Assembly (NCBI GenBank): GCA_963758635.1
Contig: CAVWWD010000007.1
Coordinates: forward strand, 160,001-224,000
Direction of reading: 5' to 3'
DNA from: an uncultured Candidatus Rokubacteria bacterium
GTDB lineage: Bacteria > Methylomirabilota > Methylomirabilia > Rokubacteriales > CSP1-6
Length of the DNA stretch: 64,000 bases
In this document: one piece after another, positions 40,201-50,367 of the stretch
Layout of the letters: each line of letters begins with the position of its first letter
How positions within the stretch are numbered: the first letter of the stretch is position 1
Position numbers and translations under genes: made by a program
Notes under the pieces: generated by a model
Seen by the model: the letters and a program-made list of their open reading frames with translations, nothing else
Database searches by the model: none
Told to the model about the DNA's origin: nothing

Positions 40201-40297
40201 CGTTAAATGTATGCATTTTACCGCACAGTCACGCTACGCGGAGCACAGCACGTAAAGCTGTGCTGCACGCGGCTATCGTGCTAGTCTTGGTCCAGTC

Positions 40298-40531
40298 ATG
40301 AAAACCAACGTCACGCTCAAGCTCGATGCCGATCTTCTGCGCGAAGCGCGTGTGGTGGCGGCGGAGGAAGGGCGGTCGATCAGCGCCCTTCTGACCGACC
40401 GGCTCGAAGCGATCGTGCGCGAACGAAAAGCCTTCGACAAGGCCCGGCGTCGGGCGCTCGCCAGGCTCCGCGAAGGCATGGACCTGCAGTGGACACCACC
40501 CAAGTCGCGCGACGAACTCCATGAGCGATAG
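40298..40531 (+). CDS. RHH-type antitoxin (VapB-like)
   Basis: NVTLKLDADLLREAR...SISALL...SRDELHER; overlaps the PIN gene. Confidence 0.85.
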   Translation: MKTNVTLKLDADLLREARVVAAEEGRSISALLTDRLEAIVRERKAFDKARRRALARLREGMDLQWTPPKSRDELHER

Positions 40532-40739
40532 GTGTTTCGTCGACACGAACATCCTCATGTACGCGCACGACTCGGCCGCAGGCGAGAAGCACGAGCGCGC
40601 CAAGGCCCTCGTGGAGGAGCTGTGGCAGGCCAGATCGGGTGTCGTGAGCACTCAGGTCCTACAGGAACTGGCCGTCAACCTGCGCCGGAATGACGAGGGC
40701 TCATTCAGGGCACCGACCCGGCTGATAGACAAGTCGTAA
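40521..40739 (+). pseudogene. Truncated PIN-domain (VapC) toxin
   Basis: FVDTNILMYAHD, STQVLQE; similarity ends near 40690, about half a PIN domain. Confidence 0.8.
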
Positions 40740-40814
40740 CGCCGCCCCGCTCCACAGCCGCAGGTACCGGTGGCTGCGCGCCCGGGACACCAACCGCACC
40801 CAGGGGAGCTCGCC

Positions 40815-41658
40815 ATGCCGACCATCGACGCCCAGGTGCACGCCTACGAGAGGAACCACCCCGGCCGTCCCTGGGCGGCCGTGCTGCACGGGCCGCCCGA
40901 GGTCACCGGCGACGACATGGTGGCGGCGATGGACGCCGTGGGCGTGGACGGCGCGCTGCTCGTCTCGCCGTTCACCATGTACCGCGTACGACGCGAGCTA
41001 CGCCGTCGAGGTGCACGCCCGGCATCCTGGCCGGTTCGGGCTGATCAAGCCCGTCGATCCGTCCGATCCTGGCGTGGCCGACACCGTCGCGGACTGGGCG
41101 GCGACCCCGGGCGCCGTCGGCATCCGCATCATGATGAACCGCGGCGTGTCCGAGGACCCCGCCGATCCTGGCATCAACCGGGTCCTCGCCGCGGGCGCGC
41201 GGCACGGGCTGCCGGTGAACGTGCTGTGCTGGGGCCGCCTGGAGCAGGCGCGGGAGATGGCGGTGCGCAACCCCGACACCTCCATGGTGATCGACCACCT
41301 CGGCCTCCAGCAGCCGTTCGAGCCGCCGCCGCCCGCCGAGCCCTTCGCGGACCTGCCGGGCGTGCTGAAGCTGGCGGCGTGCCCGAACGTCGCCATCAAG
41401 ATCACCGGCGCGTGCACGCTCTCGCACGAGACCTTCCCCTATCGCGACATCTGGGGCCCGCTGGGGCGCATCTTCGACGCCTTCGGCATCGGGCGCTGCA
41501 TGTGGGGCACGGACTGGACCCGCGCCGTCGGGCTGCTCACGTACCAGCAAGGGGTCGACGCGTTCCGCGTGACCGATCGCCTGAGCGAGAGCGACAAGGC
41601 CACGCTGATGGGCGGAACGCTCGAGCGCCTGTACCGGTGGTCGCCCGGGAAGGCGTGA
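40815..41658 (+). CDS. Amidohydrolase family 2 protein, frameshift near 40985
   Basis: IDAQVHAY, then IDHLGL, PNVAIKITG, MWGTDW in the next frame. Confidence 0.85.
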
Positions 41659-41733
41659 CCCTGGAGCGGATGGGCGCCGGGCGCCGGCTGCGCCGCGCCG
41701 TGGTATAGAAGGGCGCATGGACAGGTGCCTGCG

Positions 41734-42636
41734 ATGACCCCCGAGCGTGTGCGACGACACCGGCCCACCGTCCTCGACGAGCGACAGCGCGAGCGCTACT
41801 TCGAGGAGGGCTTCCTCGTGGTCCCCGGCGCCGTGAGCGCGCCATGGCTCGCGCGCCTGCGCGCGGTGGTCGCGGCGAAGATCGAGGAGTCCCGCGGCAT
41901 CACCGTCTCCGACGATCAGTTCGACCTCGCGCCCGACCACAGCGCCGAGAAGCCGAACATCCGGCGGCTCCGCAAGGCGGTGGACCAGCACCCGGACCTC
42001 TGGGCCTTCGCGCAGGACGCGTCGGTGGTGGACCTGGTCGCCGACGTGCTCGGCCCCGACCTGCGCTTCCACAGCTCGAAGCTCAACTTCAAGTGGTCGG
42101 CGGGCGGCGACGCCGTGCGCTGGCACCAGGACATCCAGGCGTGGCCGCACACGAACTGCGCGGTGCTCACCTTCGGGGTCTACCTCGAGGACACCGGCAC
42201 CGAGCAGGGCCCGCTCACCGCGCTGCCCGGCACGCACCGCGGTCCGCTGTTCGAGCAGTTCGACGACGCGGGTGGCTGGACCGGCGCGCTCGCCGCGCGC
42301 GACGTGGCGACGCTCCGCACCGACGCCGCCGTGGAGCTCTCGGGCCCCGCGGGGACGGTGGTCCTGCTCGACTGCCGCGTGGTCCACGGGTCGGCGGCGA
42401 ACTACTCGGATCGGATGCGCCCGCTCCTGCTGAACGTGTACGCCGCCGCCGACGCCCTGCCCATGACCCCGGCGCCCGCGCCCACGTCGCGGACGGGCGT
42501 GCTCGTGCGCGGCGCCGAGCCGGCCCACGTGCACATGGAGCCCTATCCCGCGCGCCTGCCACCCCGCTGGGACCGCGTCGGCTACCGCTCGATCTTCGCG
42601 GCCCAGAACGCCGCCGCTCCGTACGCCGACTCGTGA
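41734..42636 (+). CDS. Phytanoyl-CoA dioxygenase (PhyH) family protein
   Basis: SKLNFK, WHQD, LPGTH, VVHGS. Confidence 0.88.
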   Translation: MTPERVRRHRPTVLDERQRERYFEEGFLVVPGAVSAPWLARLRAVVAAKIEESRGITVSDDQFDLAPDHSAEKPNIRRLRKAVDQHPDLWAFAQDASVVDLVADVLGPDLRFHSSKLNFKWSAGGDAVRWHQDIQAWPHTNCAVLTFGVYLEDTGTEQGPLTALPGTHRGPLFEQFDDAGGWTGALAARDVATLRTDAAVELSGPAGTVVLLDCRVVHGSAANYSDRMRPLLLNVYAAADALPMTPAPAPTSRTGVLVRGAEPAHVHMEPYPARLPPRWDRVGYRSIFAAQNAAAPYADS

Positions 42637-42715
42637 GCCCCGCGCATCAGACCAATGCCGAGCGGTAGGACTGTAGAGGCCCGTGGCGGTTACCGAATTC
42701 TGCGAGGGTGATTAG
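42633..42715. repeat. Dispersed ~82-bp repeat, copy B
   Basis: Homologue of 16239-16320. Confidence 0.9.
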
Positions 42716-42755
42716 CCCGATTGCGGCGCCGCGCACGCGCGACAAGCGAGGACAC

Positions 42756-43952
42756 ATGACCGAGAACGGACGCCCCGGACCGCTGGATGGCCTCAGAGTC
42801 CTGGACCTGACCGAGCACATGGCCGGCCCCTTCTGCTCGATGATCCTCGCCGACATGGGGGCGGACGTGATCAAGCTCGAGCGGCCAGGCAAGGGCGACT
42901 CGTCGCGCGCGATGGGCGACGGCGCCGAGCGGAACCCGTACTTCCGCTACATCAACCGCAACAAGCGGAGCCTCACCCTCGACTACAAGCAGCCGGCCGG
43001 CCGCGAGGCGTTCCTCAAGCTGGTGGCGCGCGTGGACGTGCTCGTGGAGAACTACCGGCCCACCGTGATGGACCGGGCCGGCCTCGGCTACGAGGCGCTC
43101 CGGCCGCTCAACCCGCGGCTGATCTACGCGCAGCTCTCGGGCTACGGCTACGACGGCCCCTACCGCGACAAGGGCGGGTTCGACCTGATCGCCCAGGGCA
43201 TGGGCGGCATCATGACCGTGACCGGCGAGCCGGACGGCCCGCCCGTCTCGGTGGGCTTGCCGCTCTGCGACCTCGGCACCGGCATGTGGGGCGTGCAGGG
43301 CATCCTCGCCGCGCTCTACGAGCGCCAGCGCACCGGGCAGGGCCAGCGCGTCGAGTGCTCGCTGCTCGAGACGGCGATCGGCTTCAGCTCGTGGACGAGC
43401 GCGGGCTGGCTCGCCGACCAGCAGGAGCCCACGCGGCAGGGCTCGCGCCACCGCCAGAACGCGCCCTACCAGCGCTTCGCCACCGGCGACGGCTTCATCA
43501 TGATCGGCGCCGCCGGCCAGCACATCTGGGAGCGCTGCGCGCGCGCCCTCGGCCATCCGGAGTGGATCGAGGATCCGCGCTTCCGCGCCGGGCGCGACCG
43601 GATGAAGAACCGGCCCGCGCTCGAGCGCGCGCTGGAGACGCTGCTGGTCACCCAGCCCACCGCGCACTGGGTGAAGGTGCTGGACGACGCCGGTGTCCCG
43701 TGCGGGCCCGTGTACACCTACGCGCAGCTCTTCGCCGATCCCCAGGTGGTGCACCGCGAGCTGGTCGTGCACGCCGACGATCCCGAGCTGGGCCGCGTGC
43801 CCCACATCCGCACGCCGATCAAGATGACGTCGGGCGCGGTGGCGGTGCGCGCGGTCGCGCCGAAGCTGGGCGAGCACACCGATCAGATCCTCGCCGAGGT
43901 CGGCTACTCGACCGCCGAGATCGACTCGCTCCGCCGCGCCCGCATCGTCTGA
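42756..43952 (+). CDS. CaiB/BaiF family III CoA-transferase
   Basis: LDGLRVLDL, LADMGADVIKLE, NRNKRS, ENYRP, GFDLIAQG. Confidence 0.93.
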   Translation: MTENGRPGPLDGLRVLDLTEHMAGPFCSMILADMGADVIKLERPGKGDSSRAMGDGAERNPYFRYINRNKRSLTLDYKQPAGREAFLKLVARVDVLVENYRPTVMDRAGLGYEALRPLNPRLIYAQLSGYGYDGPYRDKGGFDLIAQGMGGIMTVTGEPDGPPVSVGLPLCDLGTGMWGVQGILAALYERQRTGQGQRVECSLLETAIGFSSWTSAGWLADQQEPTRQGSRHRQNAPYQRFATGDGFIMIGAAGQHIWERCARALGHPEWIEDPRFRAGRDRMKNRPALERALETLLVTQPTAHWVKVLDDAGVPCGPVYTYAQLFADPQVVHRELVVHADDPELGRVPHIRTPIKMTSGAVAVRAVAPKLGEHTDQILAEVGYSTAEIDSLRRARIV

Positions 43953-44075
43953 GGCCGGACGCGGCGGCTCGCCGCGCCCGCGCGTCGGAGCGCGCGGCGG
44001 CCGCGTGCTATCATTCCGCCACCCTCGAGTTTCGCGAGAGTCCGTCGGCGCGGGACCGCCTCGCGGGGGGCGGAG

Positions 44076-44810
44076 ATGTCACGCATGCCCGACCCGCCGC
44101 GGAGACCGCAAGACCTCACCCCGGAGCAGCTCGCCTTCTACGCCCAGGTCAGCGCCGACCAGGGCCATCGCACGCGCGTCTACGAGCACTACATCCCCAG
44201 GGAGACCGGCCACGCCTTTCCCGTGGACGCCGGGCAGGTGCTCCGGATCACGTGCACGGACGGCGGCCAGGTCGCGGACTTCAACGCGTTCTCGCGGACG
44301 GATCCCGCCGAGCACTTCTGGTCGGGACGGACGCGCACGCTCCAGGGCGCGCACCTGCGGGTGGGACAGCGTCTCTGGGGCACCGAGCCGCGGATGCGCC
44401 CGATGTTCACGTTCATCACCGACACCGTCCCGCACACCGCGCAGCCGTTCAACGCCGCGTCGCACGACCTCATCTACGCGCGGTGCAGCGAGCGGGCGCG
44501 GGCGATCCAGACGGGACTGCCCGACCAGCCGAACTGCAACACGAACCTGACGCGCGCGCTGAACGCGATCGGCTTTCCGGCCACCCACGTCCACGACGCC
44601 TTCAACGTCTTCATGACCACGGGCATCGACGAGCACCAGCGCCTCTTCTTCGTCCCGCCCGAGGCCCGGCAGGGCGACCACGTCGAGCTCTACGCGGAGA
44701 TCGACACGATCGTGGCGATCTCCTGCTGCCCGGGGGCGTGTAACGGCGAGCGCACGAAGGGGCTCGGCGTGGAGGTGTTCGCGCATCCCCACCGGCCGCG
44801 CCAGCCCTGA
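44076..44810 (+). CDS. DUF1989 / urea-carboxylase-associated family protein
   Basis: GGQVADFN, HDLIYARC, NCNTNL, FNVFM, ISCCP. Confidence 0.85.
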   Translation: MSRMPDPPRRPQDLTPEQLAFYAQVSADQGHRTRVYEHYIPRETGHAFPVDAGQVLRITCTDGGQVADFNAFSRTDPAEHFWSGRTRTLQGAHLRVGQRLWGTEPRMRPMFTFITDTVPHTAQPFNAASHDLIYARCSERARAIQTGLPDQPNCNTNLTRALNAIGFPATHVHDAFNVFMTTGIDEHQRLFFVPPEARQGDHVELYAEIDTIVAISCCPGACNGERTKGLGVEVFAHPHRPRQP

Positions 44811-45646
44811 TGGAGCGCGATCGCGCCGCCGGCGCCGACGCCAAGCTCGCCCTCCGCGAGATCACCCACGTCTTCGACGGGGCGGGCGGGCCGGTCACCG
44901 CCGTGGACGGCATCGACATCGACATCCCCGCCGGGAGCCTCGTCAGCCTGATCGGCCGATCGGGCTGCGGGAAGACGACGCTGTTCAACATCGTGGCCGG
45001 CCTGCTCCGGCCGACCCGGGGCCGCGTGCTCCTGGACGGCGAGGACATCAGCGGCCGCGCCGGGCTCGTCTCCTACATGCTCCAGAAGGACCTGCTGCTG
45101 CCGTGGCGCACCGTGCTCGACAACGTCGTGCTCGGCCTCGAGCTCGGAGGCATGCGGATCGCCGAGGCCCGGGAGCAGGCGCTGCCGCTGATCCGGCGGT
45201 ACGGGCTCGGGGGCTTCGAGCGCCAGTACCCCGCGGCCCTGTCCGGCGGCATGCGCCAGCGCGCGGCCCTGCTCCGCACCCTTCTGTGCGACCGCGACGT
45301 GATCCTGCTCGACGAGCCGTTCGGCGCCCTCGACGCGCAGACGCGCTTCAGCATGCAGGAGTGGCTGCTCGGCCTCTGGCAGGACTTCGGGCGCACCGTG
45401 GTGCTGGTGACCCACGACGTGGACGAGGCGGTGTTCCTCTCCGACGAGATCTTCGTGCTCTCGCCCCGCCCGGGCCGCGTGCGGGCCCGGCTGCCGGTGC
45501 CGCTGGCGCGCCCCCGGCCGCGCGGCATCGTGACCTCGCCGGAGTTCGCCCGGACGAAGGAGCGGTGCCTCGATCTCCTCTTCGAGGAGGAGCCGGCGGG
45601 CGCACCCGGGGGGACCGGCGCCCCGGAGCCGGCGGGCGCGCGATGA
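44810..45646 (+). CDS. ABC transporter ATP-binding protein (NitT/TauT type)
   Basis: GRSGCGKT, LSGGMRQR, LDEPFGALD. Confidence 0.95.
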   Translation: MERDRAAGADAKLALREITHVFDGAGGPVTAVDGIDIDIPAGSLVSLIGRSGCGKTTLFNIVAGLLRPTRGRVLLDGEDISGRAGLVSYMLQKDLLLPWRTVLDNVVLGLELGGMRIAEAREQALPLIRRYGLGGFERQYPAALSGGMRQRAALLRTLLCDRDVILLDEPFGALDAQTRFSMQEWLLGLWQDFGRTVVLVTHDVDEAVFLSDEIFVLSPRPGRVRARLPVPLARPRPRGIVTSPEFARTKERCLDLLFEEEPAGAPGGTGAPEPAGAR

Positions 45647-46521
45647 GCGAGGCGAACACCATCGCGCCGGGCGAGGCGGCGCCGGACGCGCGAGCGCCGG
45701 CGCGGCCGCGGCTGGCGCCGCCGCGCGGCATCGTGGTCCGGACGGAGCGCCGCTGGTCGACCCCGCGCGTCGTCGCCACCCAGCTCGCGATCCTCGTCCT
45801 CACGCTGGGGCTCTGGGAGCTGGGCGTGCGCGCCGGCCGGATCGATCCGTTCTTCTGGTCGCAGCCATCCGCCATCTGGCGGACGGCCATCGTCTTCGTG
45901 ACCCAGGGCAGCGCGCTCTACGACACGTGGTTCACGGTGAGCGCCACCCTGGTCGGCTTCCTGGTCGGCACCGTGGCGGGCGCGGCCATCGGGCTCTCCT
46001 TCTGGTGGTCGAGGAACGTCTCCGCCGTGCTCGAGCCGTTCGTCATCGTGTTCCACGCGGTGCCGAAGCTCGCCTTCGCCCCGCTGATCATCCTGCTCTT
46101 CGGCATCGGGATCAGCTCGAAGATCGCGCTGGCCATCGCGCTCACCATGGTCATCTCCATCCTCGCCGCCCACGGCGGCGTCAAGGCGCTGGACGACGAC
46201 CTCGTCCGGCTCATGTACACGCTGGGCGCGTCCCGGTGGCAGGTGTTCACCAAGGTCGTGATCCCGTCGTCGATGCCGTGGATCATCTCGTCCATGCGCA
46301 TCAACATCGGCATGGCGCTGGCCGGGACCATCGTGGGCGAGTTCGTCTCCTCGCAGCACGGCCTCGGCAAGCTCATCCTGTACGCGGGCTCCACCTACGA
46401 GATGGCGCTGATCTGGGTCGGCATCATCGTGCTGTCCGCGGTCGCCGTCGGCATGTACGCGGCGGTCATCCGGCTCGAGCGGGTGCTGCTCCGCGGCGTG
46501 CGCGCCCAGGTGAGCGAGTAG
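45643..46521 (+). CDS. ABC transporter permease (NitT/TauT type)
   Basis: VPKLAFAPL, LGASRWQVF, GTIVGEF. Confidence 0.92.
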   Translation: MSEANTIAPGEAAPDARAPARPRLAPPRGIVVRTERRWSTPRVVATQLAILVLTLGLWELGVRAGRIDPFFWSQPSAIWRTAIVFVTQGSALYDTWFTVSATLVGFLVGTVAGAAIGLSFWWSRNVSAVLEPFVIVFHAVPKLAFAPLIILLFGIGISSKIALAIALTMVISILAAHGGVKALDDDLVRLMYTLGASRWQVFTKVVIPSSMPWIISSMRINIGMALAGTIVGEFVSSQHGLGKLILYAGSTYEMALIWVGIIVLSAVAVGMYAAVIRLERVLLRGVRAQVSE

Positions 46522-46525
46522 CGCC

Positions 46526-48112
46526 GTGGCCGCGGGTCCTCCGGGCGTGACGCCGGCGGCCACGGGCGAGCAGATCGTCCGGGGCCGGCACGTGGTCTCG
46601 CGGGTCGCGCCGGACGGCCGCCCGGTGATCGTCGACGCGGGCGGCGTGCTGGTCCGCGACGGCGTGGTCGCGGAGGTGGCGGCGTTCGACGACCTGGCGC
46701 GCCGCCACCCGCGGGCCGCCGTGGTGGGCGCCGGGCGTGACGTGGTCGTGCCGGGCCTCGTGAACGCGCACCATCACACCGGCCTCACGCCCACCCAGCA
46801 CGGCATCCCCGACGCGCCGCTCGAGCTGTGGCTGCCGTCGTTCATGGGCATGCGCGCCGTCGATCCGTACCTGGACACGCTCCACTCGGCCATCGAGATG
46901 CTGGAGTCCGGCGTGACCACCGTCCAGCACATCCAGGGCGGCCCCATCGGGCCGCGCGGCGGCTGGATGTCCACCGCGGAGCGGATCGTGCGCGCCTACG
47001 AGGACGCCGGCATGCGCGTGAGCTACTGCTTCATGCTCCGCGACCGGAACCGCTTCGTGTACGGCGACGACGCCGCGTTCCTGGCCTCGCTGCCGCCCGC
47101 GCTCGCCGCCGAGCTGCGCGGCCTGCTCGCCGACCGCACCGCGCCCCTCGAGGAGTACGTGGGCTTCTTCGAGGAGCTGGCGGCCCGGTGGCACGACCCG
47201 CGCGGGCGCGTGTGCGTGCAGCTGGCGCCGGCCAACCTCCAGTGGTGCACCGACCGGGCGCTCGAGCTGCAGCGGGACGCCGCGCTCCGCCACGGCGTGG
47301 GGCTGCACATGCACCTGCTCGAGACCGCCTACCAGCGCGCGTTCTCCGGCAAGCACGACGGCCACTCCGCCGTCCGGCACCTCGAGCGTCTGGGGCTCCT
47401 CGGCCCGTCCATGACGATCGGCCACGGCATCTGGATGACCGCGGACGACGCGGACCTCGTGGCGGCCACCGGAACGATGGTGTGTCACAACGCGAGCTCG
47501 GGGCTCAGGCTCCAGAGCGGCATCGCTCCCGTCGCGGCGCTCCTCGACCGCGGGGTCAAGGTGGCGCTCGGGATCGACCAGGCGGGCATCAACGACGACC
47601 GCGACATGCTCCAGGAGATGCGGGTGGCCTGGTGCCTGCAGCGGGGGCCGGGGCACGACGCCGAGCCGCCCAGCGCGGCGACGGTGTTCCGCATGGCCAC
47701 CGAGTTCGGCGCCGCCACCACGGGCTTCGCCGATCGCATCGGCGTCCTCGAGCCCGGCCGCGCCGCCGACCTCGTGCTTCTCGACTGGGACGCCGTCGCC
47801 ACGCCGTACCTGGACGCGGAGACGCCGGTCCTCGACGCGCTCCTGCATCGGGCCAAGGCCTCCGCGGTGCGCACGTCCATGGTGGGCGGCCGCGTCGTGC
47901 TCCGCGACGGCCGGCCCGTCGGCGTGGACGCGGACGCGGTGAGGGGAGAGATCGCGCGCCAGCTCGCCGGCGGCCCCACCGCGGCCGAGCAGCGCCGGCG
48001 GGAGCTCGCGCGGAGCCTCGCCCCGCACGTGCGGGACTTCTACCGCGGCTGGCCGGTGCCCACCGCCACGCGCGGCTATCCGCGGTTCAACGACCCCGAG
48101 GACCGGCCATGA
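46526..48112 (+). CDS. Amidohydrolase (SAH deaminase/atrazine chlorohydrolase-like)
   Basis: PGLVNAHHH, HMHLLET, GHGIW, LGID. Confidence 0.88.
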   Translation: MAAGPPGVTPAATGEQIVRGRHVVSRVAPDGRPVIVDAGGVLVRDGVVAEVAAFDDLARRHPRAAVVGAGRDVVVPGLVNAHHHTGLTPTQHGIPDAPLELWLPSFMGMRAVDPYLDTLHSAIEMLESGVTTVQHIQGGPIGPRGGWMSTAERIVRAYEDAGMRVSYCFMLRDRNRFVYGDDAAFLASLPPALAAELRGLLADRTAPLEEYVGFFEELAARWHDPRGRVCVQLAPANLQWCTDRALELQRDAALRHGVGLHMHLLETAYQRAFSGKHDGHSAVRHLERLGLLGPSMTIGHGIWMTADDADLVAATGTMVCHNASSGLRLQSGIAPVAALLDRGVKVALGIDQAGINDDRDMLQEMRVAWCLQRGPGHDAEPPSAATVFRMATEFGAATTGFADRIGVLEPGRAADLVLLDWDAVATPYLDAETPVLDALLHRAKASAVRTSMVGGRVVLRDGRPVGVDADAVRGEIARQLAGGPTAAEQRRRELARSLAPHVRDFYRGWPVPTATRGYPRFNDPEDRP

Positions 48113-49356
48113 GCGACATCGCCGACCTCGTCCTCGCCGACGCCACGTTGCCGGACGGCACGCGGGGGTACGTGGCCGTCGCGGGCGAGCGCATCGCGAG
48201 CCTGGGCGCGGGCGCAATGCCCCCGGCGCGGCGGCGCATCGACCTCGGCGGGCGGCTCCTGATCCCGGCGCTCATCGACGGGCACCTCCACCTGGACAAG
48301 ACGCTGCTGGGCTTGCCGTGGCGACCCCACGCGGCCGCGGGCGACTCGACCCGCGACCGCATCGACGGCGAGAAGAAGATGCGGGCCGCGCTCGCCGGGC
48401 CCGTGGACGCCCGCGCCGGGGCGCTCCTGGCCCAGGCGCAGGGCCACGGCACGCTGGCGCTGCGCACCCACGTGGACATCGACGACGTGACGCGCGTGGC
48501 GAACCTCGAGCGGATCCTGGCCCTCAGGGAGAAGTGGGCCGGCGACGTGACCATCCAGGTGGTGGCGTTCCCGCAGAGCGGCATCCTGACGTGCCCCGGC
48601 GTCCGCGACCTCCTCGAGGAGTCGCTGCGGCTCGGCGCGGACCTGGTGGGCGGCCTCGACCCGCTCGGGATCGACGGGAACCTGGACGGCCACCTCGACG
48701 TGGTGTTCGGTCTCGCCACGCGCTTCGGGCGCGGAGTGGACATCCATCTGCACGACGGCGGCGAGGCCGGGCTCGGCGAGATCCTCGCCATCGCGGAGCG
48801 CACCCGGCAGAGCGGGCTCGGCGGCCGTGTCACGGTCAGCCACGCCTTCGCCCTGGGCTCGGTGCCCCCGGACGCGGCGGCGCGGGCCGCCGAGCGGCTG
48901 GCCGCCGCCGGCGTGTCGATCCTCACGAGCGCGCCGGGCAGCGCCGCCATGCCGCCGGTGCGGGTGCTGCGGAGCGCGGGCGTCACCGTCTTCGCGGGAT
49001 CGGACAACGTGCGCGACGCCTGGTCGCCCTTCGGCAACGCGAACATGCTCGAGCGCTGCATGCTGGTCGCCTATCGCTCCGGGTTCCGGACCGATCCCGA
49101 CCTGGCCTCGACCCTGGACCTGGCCACCAGCGCCGCCGCCTCGGTGCTCGGCCTCGCCGACCATGGCCTCCGGCCCGGGGCGCACGCCGATCTGCTCGTG
49201 CTCGGCGCCTCGTCGCTGCCCCAGGCCATCGTCGAGCGGCCGTCGCCCGACATCGTGATGCGCCGCGGGCGCATCGTGCGCGAACAGGCGGTCGGCCTCG
49301 CCGGCGCGGCGACCGCCCCTATCCGCAGCCCCTCACCCTCGGGAGGCACTCCATGA
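48109..49356 (+). CDS. Cytosine/creatinine deaminase-like amidohydrolase
   Basis: DGHLHLDK, RTHVD, VAFPQ, DIHLHD, SHA, GSDNVRD. Confidence 0.88.
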   Translation: MSDIADLVLADATLPDGTRGYVAVAGERIASLGAGAMPPARRRIDLGGRLLIPALIDGHLHLDKTLLGLPWRPHAAAGDSTRDRIDGEKKMRAALAGPVDARAGALLAQAQGHGTLALRTHVDIDDVTRVANLERILALREKWAGDVTIQVVAFPQSGILTCPGVRDLLEESLRLGADLVGGLDPLGIDGNLDGHLDVVFGLATRFGRGVDIHLHDGGEAGLGEILAIAERTRQSGLGGRVTVSHAFALGSVPPDAAARAAERLAAAGVSILTSAPGSAAMPPVRVLRSAGVTVFAGSDNVRDAWSPFGNANMLERCMLVAYRSGFRTDPDLASTLDLATSAAASVLGLADHGLRPGAHADLLVLGASSLPQAIVERPSPDIVMRRGRIVREQAVGLAGAATAPIRSPSPSGGTP

Positions 49357-50351
49357 AGCGCAGCATCGCCCTCGCCGTGCTGGTCGCCACCGTCGTGCTC
49401 GCGTTCGCCGGGACCGTGCCCGCGCCGGCGCCGGCCCAGCAACTGCGGCCGTTCGTGGTCACGGAGCCCGTCCACTCGCTCGACAGCGTCCCGTTCTACC
49501 TGGCCGTCCGGAAGGGCTTCTTCAAGGAGCTCGGGCTCGACGTCAAGCTCGTGACCTCGGAAGGCGGCGGGCGGCACATCGCCGCGGTCATCTCGGGGGA
49601 CGCCAACGCCTTCATCGGCGGGCCCGAGCACATCGCCTTCGCGCGGGTGAAGGGCGGCAAGGAGCTGCGCGCGGTGGTGAGCATGTCCAACCGCGCCAGC
49701 CAGTACTTCGTGGCCGGCAAGTCGGTGACGATCAACGACAAGGCCTCGGCGGGCGAGAAGCTCCGCGGCAAGCGCATCGCCATCGGGACGCGAGGCGGCA
49801 CCGGCTACTCGATCGTGCGCTTCCTCCTGGCCCAGGACGGGATCGACCCGACCAAGGACGTGGTGCTGGTCGAGATCCCGACCGCGGCGGGCCGCATGGC
49901 CGCCATCCGCGCCGGGCAGGCCGACGTGGCGATGATCAACGAGCCGCTGATCTCCCAGGGCATGAAGGCCGGCCTCTGGAACCAGCCGTTCATGAGCATG
50001 CCCGCCGAGCTCGGGCCCTTCGTCTACACGACCATCAACCTGCCGCTGGACCTCATCCAGAAGGATCCGGCCATGGTGGCGGGGATGGTCAAGGCCATGG
50101 TGAAGGCCCTCGACTACACGTTCGCCCACCCCGAGGAGGCCGAGGCGGTGGCCCGCGCCGAGTTCCCCACGCTGCCCGTGGAGGACGTGAAGGCCGTCCT
50201 CAAGCGCGCGCTGGACGACAAGCTGTGGGAGCGGAACGGGTCGATGCCGAAGGAGGCGTGGGCCCGCCTGCACGAGATCGTCCGCAAGGGCGGGCTCCTC
50301 GAGCGCGACGTGGCGTACGAGGAGGTCTTCGAGCCGAAGTTCCTGCGGTAG
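49353..50351 (+). CDS. ABC transporter substrate-binding protein (NMT1/SsuA-like)
   Basis: Signal peptide; PFYLAVRKGFFKELGLDV. Confidence 0.88.
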   Translation: MKRSIALAVLVATVVLAFAGTVPAPAPAQQLRPFVVTEPVHSLDSVPFYLAVRKGFFKELGLDVKLVTSEGGGRHIAAVISGDANAFIGGPEHIAFARVKGGKELRAVVSMSNRASQYFVAGKSVTINDKASAGEKLRGKRIAIGTRGGTGYSIVRFLLAQDGIDPTKDVVLVEIPTAAGRMAAIRAGQADVAMINEPLISQGMKAGLWNQPFMSMPAELGPFVYTTINLPLDLIQKDPAMVAGMVKAMVKALDYTFAHPEEAEAVARAEFPTLPVEDVKAVLKRALDDKLWERNGSMPKEAWARLHEIVRKGGLLERDVAYEEVFEPKFLR

Positions 50352-50367
50352 CCTCCGATGAGCGCTG

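Noticed and set aside
43953..44075. Guanidine riboswitch upstream of the DUF1989 gene
   Set aside because: Plausible from context, but I could not see a recognisable class motif; needs an Rfam scan.
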